A DNA stretch of 64,000 nucleotides from assembly GCA_964016885.1 (NCBI GenBank), contig OZ024742.1, forward strand, positions 209,870,001 to 209,934,000, written 5' to 3'. Origin of the DNA: Eledone cirrhosa (Eukaryota). Positions 43,900 through 55,839 of this stretch are shown here, one piece after another. The position numbers and the translations under genes are program-made. The notes under the pieces were generated by a model, which ran no database searches, was not told where the DNA came from, and saw only the letters and a program-made list of their open reading frames with translations. Within the stretch, counting starts at the first letter, position 1, and each line of letters opens with the position of its first letter.

Positions 43900-44522
43900 T
43901 ATGTACGTATGGATTCACCGAACATTTATTATAATGCTCGGTGTGTTTGTAAACAAACATGTGTGCATGTATGTATATATATATACATACTACTGTACGT
44001 CTGTATACATATATGTATGTACGTATACATACTTATATTTAAGTAACAGCCGTACTAAGAGTGAGAAATGAAATTTCGTTTCATTTTTTCCGTTTATCGT
44101 TTTCGGTACCCCGGCCGATTAACTCACTCGATATGCAAATTAGGCTGCTCAGCCGTTAATATGCGTAAGGAAAGTATATACTTTCAGATTCAATCATCTG
44201 GCAGGAAGGTATACGTTGCTGACGATAGCTAATAAGCTTGAAACTAGTACAGCATTCTTTTGACAGTGTTGAACAAATGAGCAACGATGGTTGCTAGACA
44301 CTGTACGGCTTAATTCGGGATGTTTGTTTACAAACACACCGAGCATTATAATAAATGTTCGGTGAATCCATACGTACATATATATATGTGTGCATGTATG
44401 TATATATATATACATACTACTGTACGTCTGTATACATATATGTATGTACGTATACATACTTATATTTAAGTAACAGCCGTACTAAGATGAGAAATGAAAT
44501 TCCGTTTCATTTTTTCCGTTTA
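43900..44522. repeat. Rearranged partial duplication with an inverted segment
   Basis: 43959-44097 is repeated at 44386-44522; 43900-43960 is inverted at 44319-44381. Confidence 0.75.
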
Positions 44523-44615
44523 TGTTTATATATATGTATGTATATATGAATATACATATATACCTAATATATATATATATACCTAATATGCATATATAAA
44601 TATACATATATACCT

Positions 44616-44648
<33 letters not shown>

Positions 44649-44702
44649 TTATATATATATATATATAAGATAAGATCAAAAGATGGTTAAAAGAGTTCCA
44701 AG

Positions 44703-44773
44703 TATTTTATTATGCGTATTTCAAAAACAAATATCATCATGGGATGATATCTGCATTTTCATCAGATAAAATA
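44703..44773 (-). ncRNA. Intact type I hammerhead inside a short inverted-repeat element (44670-44875)
   Basis: tattttat-CTGATGA-aaatgcagatatcatc-ccat-gatgatatttgttttt-GAAA-tacgca-TA-ataaaata. Confidence 0.82.
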
Positions 44774-45005
44774 GGGATACATGATATAAAGCTTAAAAAA
44801 CACTTGTGAATAGTGAAGTTTTAAATCAACATAATAAAATACTTGGAACTCTGTTAACCATCTTCTGATCTTATATTATTTATACTCCAGACCTACAAAC
44901 TATAGATATATATAGTAATAATAATAAATTTGAAGACTAAAATCCAAAGAGGGCTCGATAAGGATAAATATATATCAAATATATAAGAACCGTAGAGCAA
45001 ATGTT

Positions 45006-45056
45006 AGTTTCAGAAGATCCCATTAAGGGTGAAAGCAGTGATTCTTTGCTTAAACT
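45006..45056 (+). ncRNA. Hammerhead-like motif with variant core CAGAAGA
   Basis: agttt-CAGAAGA-tccc-attaa-gggt-GAAA-gca...tgc-TT-aaact; second copy at 53293-53343 (-). Confidence 0.5.
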
Positions 45057-45072
45057 TTAATCTGTTATTTTA

Positions 45073-45141
<69 letters not shown>

Positions 45142-45247
45142 AAAATAGGAAAATGTTAAATATTTTGCTATTACCCACTCTACTACCCTAAGTATTGAGT
45201 ACCCTGGTGCGTTATGGTCCATCTGGTTCCTTACCACACTGCCTTCG

Positions 45248-45298
<51 letters not shown>

Positions 45299-45344
45299 TA
45301 CTAAAATAAATAAGTCAAATTTTTAAAATTTGGCTTCGTTTATT

Positions 45345-45399
45345 ACTGCTATATATATTTCGGTGACAGCCATCTTTGGCTGTGACCTCTTCAGGCAGT
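45345..45399 (-). ncRNA. Intact type I hammerhead in a solo pLTR-like fragment
   Basis: actgc-CTGAAGA-ggtcacagcca-aaga-tggctgtcacc-GAAA-tatata-TA-gcagt; compensatory change relative to 22006-22061. Confidence 0.85.
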
Positions 45400-46025
45400 C
45401 CGAATTAGTGTGGTAGAGACGAGTACACATGTTGTTGAGGTGTTTAACTTTGTCAGTACTCTGATATGCCCAGTTCCTGGTTGGGTTGTTATTTCACTGA
45501 GGAACTGGAATCATATGAATTTAAACAAACGAATTTCAGCGTCAAAGGACATCTTCTCCTCCCATTGGTCAGTTGTGAGAACATTCCCCAGTCAAAAGTC
45601 TATAGAAATTCGTTCTGAGGCAAGGCAATCTGTGGTGGTTGTTCCTGTTATTGTTAAGTACATTTGACCTCTACTCTTACGTTAGTAGTGGTATTGGTGT
45701 TGGAGTCAGCTCAAAAATATGATAATGATAAAGTGGTAGAAGGAATAAGATGGTAAAGGAACAAAATAAAATAAGATAATCAAATAAAATGTCTGTGTGT
45801 TATACCCAATCTCAATGTTAGAAATATTAGTAAGATCCACTCCTCCCATTGGTCAGTTGTGAGAGCATTCCTCAGTCAAAAGTCTATAGAAATTATTTCT
45901 GGGGTGAGGCTACCTGTAGTATTTGTTTTTGCTATTGTTAAGTACATCTGACCTCTACCCTTATTTTGGTAGTGGTGTTGGTGCTGTGGTCAGCCTAGGT
46001 CTTGCTGCTGCTGACATTTAGAAGT

Positions 46026-46093
<68 letters not shown>

Positions 46094-46222
46094 TATGTAT
46101 GTATGTATGCATATATATATATGTGTATATATATTAGCTATATATATAGACAGAGTGACTACTTATCAGAGCACAGATCATGTAGCCTTAAATAGCATAG
46201 ATGGGTTATGTAAGGTTTTAGT

Positions 46223-48844
46223 TTAGATATTGTCTTCCTGTTTCTTCAACAACAACCACAACGGTTCACGATGGAGCCCACCCACAGCCCCGGCGGACAG
46301 AATGGAGAAGGCGTTTCCCCGGAGGACGGCAAGGGAGACGCGCTGGAAGAGCCACTCCAATTCGCGGGGCTCACACCTGCGGCTGGCCAGCTCAGCGGCT
46401 ATGGTGGTGAGTAAGGAGGTAGCCCTGGGGCCGAGGACACCAGAAGTTTCCACTGCCAGGGGTACGACCGCAAACCTGTCGGAGAGCGACCGGTATTTGA
46501 GGAGTTTGGCCCCCCTCAGCCTGACGTTCAGCAGAACCTGGGTCAGTCGCAGACTGCACCAGGTTGCGGCTGCAGAAAGTGTCGGTGCAAGTGGCATCCC
46601 AGACGAGGTGTTTGCCACCGCGGAACGGGAAGATGGTCATGCCATCTGGCCTTTTGCCGTCCCCTCGATCCAGCCCCACCGGCTCGAGCTGGGAAGGGAA
46701 GCCTGCAGCGTCCAAATCATGCTTAATGACCTCGTTGAGGGCAGCATGGCGTGGAATGCGGCCGGCACTGTGGCGACAGGAAAGCGGGTACAGGCCGAAA
46801 GAATCCACGGTGGAACCGCAGCGACATTGGTGTGGCTGGCAGATCCAGAGGCCGAGGCTCAGGGAAACGCCGATGCGCAGGTTATGGTTGTCTAGCTACG
46901 TGCCAGTGGAGAAGAATGGCAGGGCATGGAGCCAGGCACCACTGTGGGGTTTGGAGGCCGCAAGAAAACAAGCAAGGTGGTGCTGGTCGGGCTGGCGCGT
47001 GAACCAGTCTGAGGCCAGACTGCACTGGATGGCATCCCAAGTGCGTTGAGGGGACTTGACGTCAACAGGGGGAGAAGGAGGATGGACGTCTACTGGGCTA
47101 AGTCCCAGCCGGTCCCACGTCTCACAGGCAGCCTCACGTTCTCTGAACACAGAGGGTTCTGTTGTGTTTTGAAGAACCCTGCTGACGAGGACGCGGCACG
47201 TGGTTACTGACGAAAGGTGCGCCGACAAAACTAGTGAAATTGGGGACCGGAGGCCAAGGCCGCCATACCTGACAGGTAAAGTGGCCTGTTGCCACCCTAT
47301 GTCGTCAAACATGACGTTGCATATCTCTTCGGCTGTTTCTCGGATACAAGTATCGAGGTTAGCGAGGATAGGACTCTGGGTGTAGCACGGAGCGCTGCGG
47401 AGTGTATGGAGGAGTTTCGGCGTGGCGAAGCAGTTCCTCAGCAGAAAGATAGCTGGGTGGTCGTCAATCAAGCCTCGAGCAGATTTTCCCGGCGTAAAGA
47501 GCTGAAGGCATTCCTCATGTCAAGCTTGACAATGAGGTGCCTGGAGTCCCTGGATGCCGGTTCCGATGGGCATCTGTTGAAGAACTGCCTGGTTGCATGA
47601 GCGGCCCCCTCACAGCCACCGGATACGCTGACACCCAGTTGCACCGGACTAAACTCCTCACCCAGTTCGTGTGTTACGGACTTGCAGATCGCCTTGGCAG
47701 CCAACCTCCGGAAGACATTGCCCACAGCAATGGGGCGTATTCCACCCTCTTTCTTCCTGAGAACGGTGAGGCTGGCCGAAAAAAAGACCCCTCGAGCGTA
47801 AGGGTTCAGGGCGCCATGGATGAGCCTATTGGTGAGCGCCACAATTGCACTCAGAAGGCGGCGCTCGGCCTCACCGGAGAGAGGGATATCAACTCCTTGA
47901 GGTGGCCTGGTCGGAGACCATCAGCACCTCCGCATCTGCGAGCTGGGAAGGACCTGATGGCGGATATGATGTCTGCATCCGAAGCCACAAGGAGCAAGTG
48001 GGGTTCGGGTGGGGGTATGGGTCTGAGATCAGTAGGTGACTCAGGGTGTTTGAGTCGCAGAGCAGCCAGATCCTCCTCAGTAGGTTGGAGGGCGGTGTCT
48101 TCTCAGGCAACAACTCTGACTGCGGCCGAGACATCACCTATGATAAGCTTGGCGTTTACCTGGTCACGCAAACGCTTGGTGCTTGCCTCGGGGATGGAGG
48201 ATAAGGGGTACCTGAGGGCGGGGTGTGTGGTGTCCTTTGGCACGCTTGGAATGGGCGCTCGCCCAAAGGACGAGATATTGGCCTTGACGAATGCTGCTGT
48301 TGACCGGCCGCACCGGTCAGCGCCAGAGCTGGGGAGGCCGAGGGCGAGTGGGGCGAAATAGAACAGCCGCTCCCAGTCACTGGCTCGATTGGAGTCCAGG
48401 GCGCTCTCAATCGAGGAAGCGAGGGCATCGGCTACCGACACCCGTGCCGCTCTCGGGATCCTGAGTGGATGTTCCGGAGCCGCCTGAGCCGAGCGATGTT
48501 GACCAGCGAGGCTTGGGCGCCAGGCAAGCTCGCTGTCCCATCTGGTGGTGTGCCAGACGGCCGTGGCTGGGAAGACGTGGGAAAGAGGCAGCCCCTGCAC
48601 CTCCACGCTGCGAGGACATTGGAAGCTCGACGAGTCAAGCCAACGCAGGTAAGGTGGTGGAAACAGCCGCACCCCAAACAGTTTCGGCCCCTCTTCCGTT
48701 TGTTAGTGATGCTGCAAGTGCTGCAGGTGTCGGCTTGGAGGGATGGGGCGTTGGGCCGGAGGGACTGGGGCACCGAGCAGCATCAGGGTGGCTGGCGTGT
48801 GTGGGTGGAAGGGAAAGTGCTGGTAAGAGGGCCTCATAGCTCAC
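46223..48844 (-). mobile_element. CRE-type non-LTR retrotransposon (PHD finger, partial RT, RLE), decayed
   Basis: CSTC...CLGCGCFHHLTC...WRCRGC; GGIRPIAVGNVFRRL, QLGV..GGCEG, KLDMRNAF; GGLGLR; RH...RPDGMT..WD; AVETSGVLG; QRVSLAVLRGNA. The RT catalytic DD region is deleted near 47470. Confidence 0.88.
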
Positions 48845-48988
48845 CTCTATAAATATAGGTGTCAGAAAACAAGAGAGAAAAGAAGGAGCTGCATGGAGGC
48901 GGACACACAGGAAGGCAGAATGTTAGTAAATGAATGAGTGAATGGGTGAATGTACAAAAAAAGGGGGGGGGGGGCATATTAGGTATAT

Positions 48989-49022
<34 letters not shown>

Positions 49023-49113
49023 GGTATTAAAGGATGCAATAATAGGGGTGACGGAATATATTAATAAAGATGAAAAGGCGAAGTTGAAGGTGTTAGAGTC
49101 CTTTATTATTTGA

Positions 49114-49164
49114 GCTGTTATATATATTTCAATGACGATAAACATCGTGATCTCTTCAGTCAGC
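49114..49164 (-). ncRNA. Type I hammerhead motif
   Basis: gctga-CTGAAGA-gatcacgat-gttt-atcgtcatt-GAAA-tatata-TA-acagc; first pair of stem I mismatched. Confidence 0.72.
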
Positions 49165-49599
49165 AACAATTGATTAAAAGGTAACATTTCAGACGCAATT
49201 TATGAGCGGACTAAAAAAATGTGTTTTTGCTTTGGTTGTCCGCTCCCTTCTAGTCTCAGGCTATCCAGACAGCTCTGCGCATGTCGCAGGGGTGTGTGTG
49301 TGGCTGACCCTTTCACCTACACCTACACCCAGAATACTACCAACCTTGTATGTTCTCTCTATCTACCAATCTCCCACCTCCTGGATCGGCAACTCGGTAT
49401 GGTCAGTGGAAGTTCAAGCCAGCAAAAATGTACTGTTAGATTTGGCAACCAGTAGGATTTCGGTGCTTTTGTAGCCGCCATCTGTATATGTATATACATA
49501 TATATATGCATATATATATATAAGGGATAACAAAATATTATTATAGGTAATCCAGTTAGAGGTTGTGAATACTTCGTATTGTGGATAGTTTTAGCGTTT

Positions 49600-49709
49600 A
49601 GTTTTTTCTGATGACCTGGTTAAGCTAACAACGTATTAAAAAATTGAGTGGCACAGCTTCAAGTGTTCAGACATTTTTAGACAACTTAGTGAAACAATTG
49701 GTAAGACTG
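49600..49709 (+). ncRNA. Degenerate hammerhead with ~75-nt stem II region
   Basis: CTGATGA-cctggtt...aacttagt-GAAAC-aattg-GTA-agact; stems I and II imperfect. Confidence 0.4.
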
Positions 49710-49794
49710 CAAATAAAACCCCCTTTTTTGTACTGTGGACCATGTGTTATTCTTCACTCTTTCAATATGCATATATATATATATATATATATAC

Positions 49795-50630
49795 TATAAA
49801 TTATGTCCTTAGAATCATTTGATAAGATATATACTCAATTTCCTCTCCCATTTAGCATAATCAACCACACAAAAAACCAATTAAACCAGCTATAAGATTA
49901 AAAGGTACCTGTGAAGAAATAATAGATAAATAAACGATAGCCATCTATTCGCGGTAAACAACCATAGAATATTTACCCAGCATTTCAATAGCACGTGGAA
50001 ATCGATTAAATATGTCGTCAACCATACACAATTAGGTATAAATTAAAGTTAGAAGCAAAAATGCATATACACATACAAGGATTACGTTTCTACCCCTTAG
50101 GGTTTCATTCGCTTTCGGAAATATCCTATCAAGGATAAATTCTCGAGCTTCGAACTCATCAGGAAACAAACTCACTTGGACAAAGATTTTTCTTAAATGA
50201 TCCCCGCCAGAAACGAATTCAAAATGGCTAAGAACTGTGACGTGGCAGTGGTCAAGTCAGAAGAATCTGATTGGTGCCTTACGGCTAGTAGGCTGGTTGC
50301 TAGAAAGCGCAGCCGAATATTGCCTAAATTGCATCTAAACCTTATGGGAGATTATCAAATATAAAGATTTACATATACACAAACTAGATAAAGTTATAGA
50401 TATGTTTTTGGAAACCATTCACGATGTGGCTCAATGATGAACTAATAAATTAAATAATCAGAGCAATATACTCTAAATTATGTCCTTAGAATCATTTGAT
50501 AAGATTTCCTCTCCTATTTAGCATAATCAACCACACAAAAAACCAATTAAACCAGGCTATAAGATTAAAAGGTACCTGTGAAGAAATAATAGATAAATAA
50601 ACGATAGCCATCTATTCGCGGTCAACAGCC
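49795..50630 (-). mobile_element. Non-autonomous pLTR-like element with ~150-165-bp direct repeat
   Basis: 49797-49960 is repeated at 50474-50627; internal hammerhead; no ORF. Confidence 0.72.
50086..50167 (-). ncRNA. Intact hammerhead with elongated stem II
   Basis: gtttc-CTGATGA-gttcg...tatcct-tgat-aggata...cgaat-GAAA-ccc-taag-ggg-TA-gaaac; GUA triplet. Confidence 0.82.
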
Positions 50631-50726
50631 AGTGTGTGTGTAAAAGGTAAACAGAAATAACAACACAATCGGTACAGTATATGGAAGGTATATATTAGGT
50701 TAACGCTTGATATAGCAGGAAGAGGG

Positions 50727-50761
50727 TCTTAACGTTTCGGACGCTAGTCCTTCATCAGAAA
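50727..50761 (-). ncRNA. Minimal Penelope-type hammerhead
   Basis: CTGATGAA-GGAC-tagc-GTCC-GAAACGTTA, downstream of the GIY-YIG fragment on the same strand. Confidence 0.75.
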
Positions 50762-51030
50762 AAAGAATGAGAAATAAAATAGATTAAGAGGACAGGCGGA
50801 ATGGAATTGGAAAAAATATCTTTAGATAAAAATAACAGGTCCATTCATGTTGACATCTCTTGCAAAACTGTTGGTGCTGGCGTTTTGGGTATGATTTGTT
50901 TTTTTTTAGAAAAGTGGATGATGCCGCGCATCTATCTGAAATGGAAAAAAAACGTTTTGTAAAAAGAGCTATACTTGAGCACGTGCGTAAGCATGAGTTT
51001 GTGTGTGTGTGTGTGTGTGTGTGCGCGTGC

Positions 51031-51118
<88 letters not shown>

Positions 51119-51119
51119 C

Positions 51120-51168
<49 letters not shown>

Positions 51169-51299
51169 GTGTGTGTGTGTGTGTTATATGTCCGTATGAA
51201 GCTAAGAAAAAATGTGTGTGTATATGTGAGTAAAAGAGTGTGTGTGCATGTAAGTACGAAGCTATGAGTAAAGAGAAAGCGATGGAATCTAGGGGTGTG

Positions 51300-52187
51300 A
51301 TAATGGACGGGGTATTAGAGAAATTGGGGAGGTGAGTTGAGTCCAAGAGGGGAATAGGACCCAAGACGGTGAATCAGACTTTGTTCAGTCCTGGTGCGCT
51401 AGGCCTGTGATCCATGATGTAAAAGGACACCCAGGACTGAAACATGTAGGGAAGAATGACCAGGAGAACAGAAATGACGGGCGACAGGAGTATCCAAACC
51501 GAGTCGTATGTTCCTCAAATGTTCGGCAAAACGGTCCGCCTTACAGCGTCCCGTTTGTCCGATATATAAAGACCCACAAAGGGAACACCGGAGGGCATAG
51601 ACAACGTGGGTTGATGTGCAGGTGAAGGAATGGCGGATACGGAAAGACCCGTTAGGGCCTGTAAGAGTGGTGAGGGTGGAAATAAAGGGACAAGTGTTGC
51701 AGCGGGAACGGGAACAAGGATGAGAGCCGGGCGGAGTCGTGGGAGAGGACGAAAAAGAACTGCGAACCAGGAGGTCGCGGAGGTTTCGGGCGCGCTTAAA
51801 AGCAGTAATGGGTGGGTTGGGGAAAAAGCGAGAAGTGACGGCGTCAGAAGAGAGGATGCGGAAGGAACGGAGGATATGTCGCCGGAGTGGTAAGGTGTTG
51901 GGGTGGTAGGTGAGAGGGAAAGGAACACGGGTGTTGGGAAGGCGGTGGTGAGGTTAGATGGCTGTGGTGCAGTCTGTTTCACGGGCGCGGATGAGCGTAG
52001 CTTGGATAAAGGTGGATATCCACGCTGGATGAAGCAGGAAGCCATGCGAAGGGAATGGGTTTCGAAATCGTCGTCCTGGCTACAGAGTCAACGAAGACGG
52101 ACGAATTGGGAATAGACTATGGAGTGTTTGGTGTGGGTTGGATGGGAGGAGGTGAAGTCGAGATAAGATTGGGAGTTTGTTGGTTTA
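51300..52187 (-). mobile_element. 5'-truncated Penelope-like element (RT thumb + GIY-YIG)
   Basis: KPTNSQSYLDFTSSHP..SIVYSQFVRLR, RGYP; further frame RNLRDLLVRS, CSRSRCNTC, VVYALRC..LYIGQT; frameshifted. Confidence 0.88.
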
Positions 52188-52380
52188 ATATATATATATA
52201 TACATATATATGTGTGTGCATATATGTATGTGTATACATACATACATACATAACTACATATATATATGAGACTTCCCAAAAGATATTATTGTATGTATAT
52301 ATATATGTGTGTATGTGTTTGTGTTTGTGTGTGTGTGTGTGTATGTGTGTATGGATGTGTGTGTGTGTGTATGCACATGT

Positions 52381-52420
<40 letters not shown>

Positions 52421-52426
52421 ATATAC

Positions 52427-52744
52427 ATAATACAGTATATAGAGAAGAAAACACAAAAAGAGGTTTTGTTTTCATTTACAAGGGGTAGAGAACCTTCTTT
52501 CCACTTGTTAATAAGCTCTGAGCAGATACGGTACCAGCACTTTAGCGAAGCATTCTTTACTTTGGGAATGTCCAGGTGTGTATAGTTATAAAGGTGGGTG
52601 TTTTACATTTTAATTTTACCTCCTAATTATTATGTAATCTCTCCACTTTTCGTAGGCCTTATATCTTTCACTATAGTGGTTCTATAGCCCTTGTAAATGA
52701 AAACGTACCCCTTTTTGTGTTTTCTTCTCTACATACTGTATTAT
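52427..52744. repeat. Inverted repeat (~70-bp arms) next to (TA)n
   Basis: aatacagtatatagagaagaaaacacaaaaag...ttttcatttacaaggg / cccttgtaaatgaaaa...ctttttgtgttttcttctctacatactgtatt. Confidence 0.75.
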
Positions 52745-52849
52745 TGAGAGCCCGGTAATTTATTCCTTGATCTTATGAAATTAGAGGGGATTAACGCGAG
52801 TCTTTAACTCCATTTATTCAATTGTATACATATATATATATATACATAT

Positions 52850-53259
52850 ATGGTGGCTGCCAACTCGTTTTCGAGTACGGCCACTACTTTATATCCATGT
52901 AGGAGAACCCCTACCGATGCGCTGAACGAGTGTGACTTTTTAGTCCAGCCAGCGACTTGAAAACTCTGGCACAAACACCCCACCTGTGATCATTATTGAC
53001 ATATAGTGCTGGGCCCATGGTACATGTGATGACAAGTGCAGAGATATCTCCAGATATAAAGCAATGCCTGTGCCGTGAAGCTTTTATAGTGAGCAAAGGC
53101 ACTGCACAAAGCCAGTCCCACTCTCTTAACCAAGATGATATTTACCAAAAAGAAGAACAAGTCAACATCATTGGATACCATCAGGGTTGCAGGTGTTATA
53201 TCAGAGTTTTCCTTCTCCTAGAATTCTGCCTTGACAAAGGCTAAGGGGTCATCTCTCCC
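52850..53259 (-). mobile_element. RTE-like LINE 3' fragment
   Basis: Copy of 7157-7560; flanked by TA-rich repeats. Confidence 0.7.
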
Positions 53260-53292
53260 TACATATATATATATATTAAAATAACAGATTAA

Positions 53293-53343
53293 AGTGTAAG
53301 CAAAGAATCGCTGCTTTCACCCTTAACGGGATCTTCTGAAACT
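53293..53343 (-). ncRNA. Second copy of the CAGAAGA hammerhead-like motif
   Basis: Reverse-complement homolog of 45006-45056. Confidence 0.45.
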
Positions 53344-53659
53344 AAAAAAATCAATCTGTGAATGCAGCAGTAAATATTTCGAAAAACGTTGCAACCGAAG
53401 GAAAACAGGAAAACGATACTTTGGTTCGTGAAGACGTTCTCTGGCAATGAACGGAAAAAGGCGAAGATAAAACGTCGTTATGTGAACGATGAGAACAATT
53501 ACACGCAAAGACAAAACCACGTTTATGGTATAAATGAAGTCGTAGACTAATATTCTATTTAGGAAGCCGAATGATTCTCGGCTTCAGAGTTAAGAATAAA
53601 GTAAATAAATTAGTAGGATGAAAATGAGAGAGGTTATTGAAATCAACAATAATTAAATA

Positions 53660-54600
53660 CTAGGTGACGTACCCAGCTTCGCCCGGGCAAACAAATGATA
53701 AGAGAAGACAGTTAAAAGAGAAAATGACTGTATTGGATGTTTGTCCGGTTACAGTATGAGGCGTGTCTGTGGTGTCTGTGTGATACAAAAAACAGTAAAA
53801 AAATCTTCCAGATATACCAGATTCTTCGTTGTATCGTTTGTGCATAGTATATGAACAATTCTAGGTGCTCCCACCTGGAATAGTGACCTCTAGGAGATGG
53901 TTCATCTTCTGCCTGACTGTAAAACGTGTATCATTGCATAGACGTGGTTGTAAAAGATGATGCTCAGCCAGTTCGTCTTCAACCATCGCAGCGCGCCGTC
54001 GCTGCTTGGCTCCAGTGTTTCGTTGGCGTTGTTCAGCGAGCTCCTCTTCATTCATGGCGGCACTTCTTCGCCTCTGAAGTTCGGCGTTCCGATGGCGCTG
54101 TTCGGTCCGTTTTTCTTCGTTCCTGGCTGCACGCCGTCGCCGCTGTAGTTCACTATTTGATACAGTCGAATTGCTTTTACTTTCTGTGGAACGCTGCACG
54201 CACGCACACACACACACATAAACATACGCGCACGTACATACACACGCACACATGGTAATAGTTACAGCGTTCACTTTGCCTCTCACTTCCTCATTGGCAT
54301 TATGCATATTAATTTAAGTTTGGCGTCGTTGAGGTGGGCGGAGTCGTTTGAAACCTATGAACCAATGATAATCGAGAATTATGACACACAGAATACTGAC
54401 GTTGTTGAAATTAATATATAGATATACGTACACGCATCCATATACCGTACATACACATGCAAACGCGAAAACACCCGCCATGCATGCATATACAAGCACG
54501 TACACATAAACACGCGCACACACACATAAACCCGCGCGATACCTGTACCCGCACACATACGAACGTATACACCAAATACACATAAAATATATATATATAT
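53660..54600 (-). mobile_element. Non-autonomous Helitron-like element
   Basis: 3' hairpin cccgggcgaagctggg then CTAG|T; ORF 53861-54307 has three ~23-aa EQRxRN.ELQRRR.AA repeats resembling Helitron Rep N-termini; 5' end uncertain. Confidence 0.6.
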
Positions 54601-55059
54601 ATATGTATATGTGTGTGTGTGTGTATACATATAATTATATAAACGTATATAAATATACACACATAAATACGTATATAACGTACGCACACACATAACTACA
54701 TGTAAATACACATATGTCCACTAAACGTACGTCAACCAAAACACAAAGTACAGATATACACACTTTACATACCTGCAAACACGCATACACACACATACAC
54801 AAAATACACATATACACATGTACCAGTATATATAATATGATATATACACCTATAACAAATACAAGCAAATATACGTACGAGAAAGTATACGTACCTTCAC
54901 AAAACATACGGTTAAGTTATACTTACCTATACAAATAAGTAATGGTATAAACATAAAATATACTTAGCACCACATCAAGACGTACATTATCCGCGTATTG
55001 TTCGTACTATCCGTTAGGGTATAATGTGGGGCTGTAATATAGGAAAGTTTTATGCAAGT

Positions 55060-55700
55060 TTTATGTTTACAAGCCAAAATTGCCTCAGAATTTTTGTTTA
55101 AGATGTGGTCATTGGCGTAGAGCATTTCCAGGGTTTCAGCGGCGAAAAGATCGCATGGTCTTTTATTTCCGTTATACGATCTAAATTTAGCTAGGATCTC
55201 CCAGTGTATCCTATATTGGGTGTGGTTGTCTTTTAGACTTCAGATATAAGCTGAAAGTGACGTCATATTCCTTCTTAAAGGGTTAAGAAAAGAATGAGTG
55301 TGCATGTAAAGACGCTGCTTGAATCTATTGGCGGTTAACCCTGCATTTATAGACAATGTTACTAGAGAGGCATTTGCGGTTAACCTTACATTTATAGGCA
55401 ATGTTACTAAAGAGGCATTTCCCGGATAGAGGGCAGTCAACCCGATTCCGACAATTACAGTTAGTACTAGCTACAGGGTTGCACGTGTTCCTACGGCTAG
55501 GTATTTAGCTAAATTTGAAGCAGTGATGTTATATGCAAAGTTAGGAGTCGTAGAGTAAGATATTTTAATGGTATTTCTATTAAAAATGTTATTATATTTA
55601 TGTGCTGAGGGGAAATGCTTCTTAATAAGGAACAGAAAGATCCTAGCTAATGGTGTGGCCACATATATTATATGGTGGGTTATACCATGTAATGTGTCGG
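55060..55700 (-). pseudogene. Decayed Naiad-type linker and GIY-YIG fragment
   Basis: HFPSAHKYNNIFNRNTIKISYSTTPN, then CNCR, matching the 15.8 kb and 19.2 kb elements. Confidence 0.8.
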
Positions 55701-55839
55701 TATCTAAGTTTGTTGAAATGAATATCAAGCCGCTACCTGCAGCCTCAGACATTCAGGACGTATCGGAGGGTTCTTGCTCTTCCCAGCAAGCATGCCTTTT
55801 GAAGTGTTCGAAAAAGCGGGGCTGGACTAATATTCTTTA

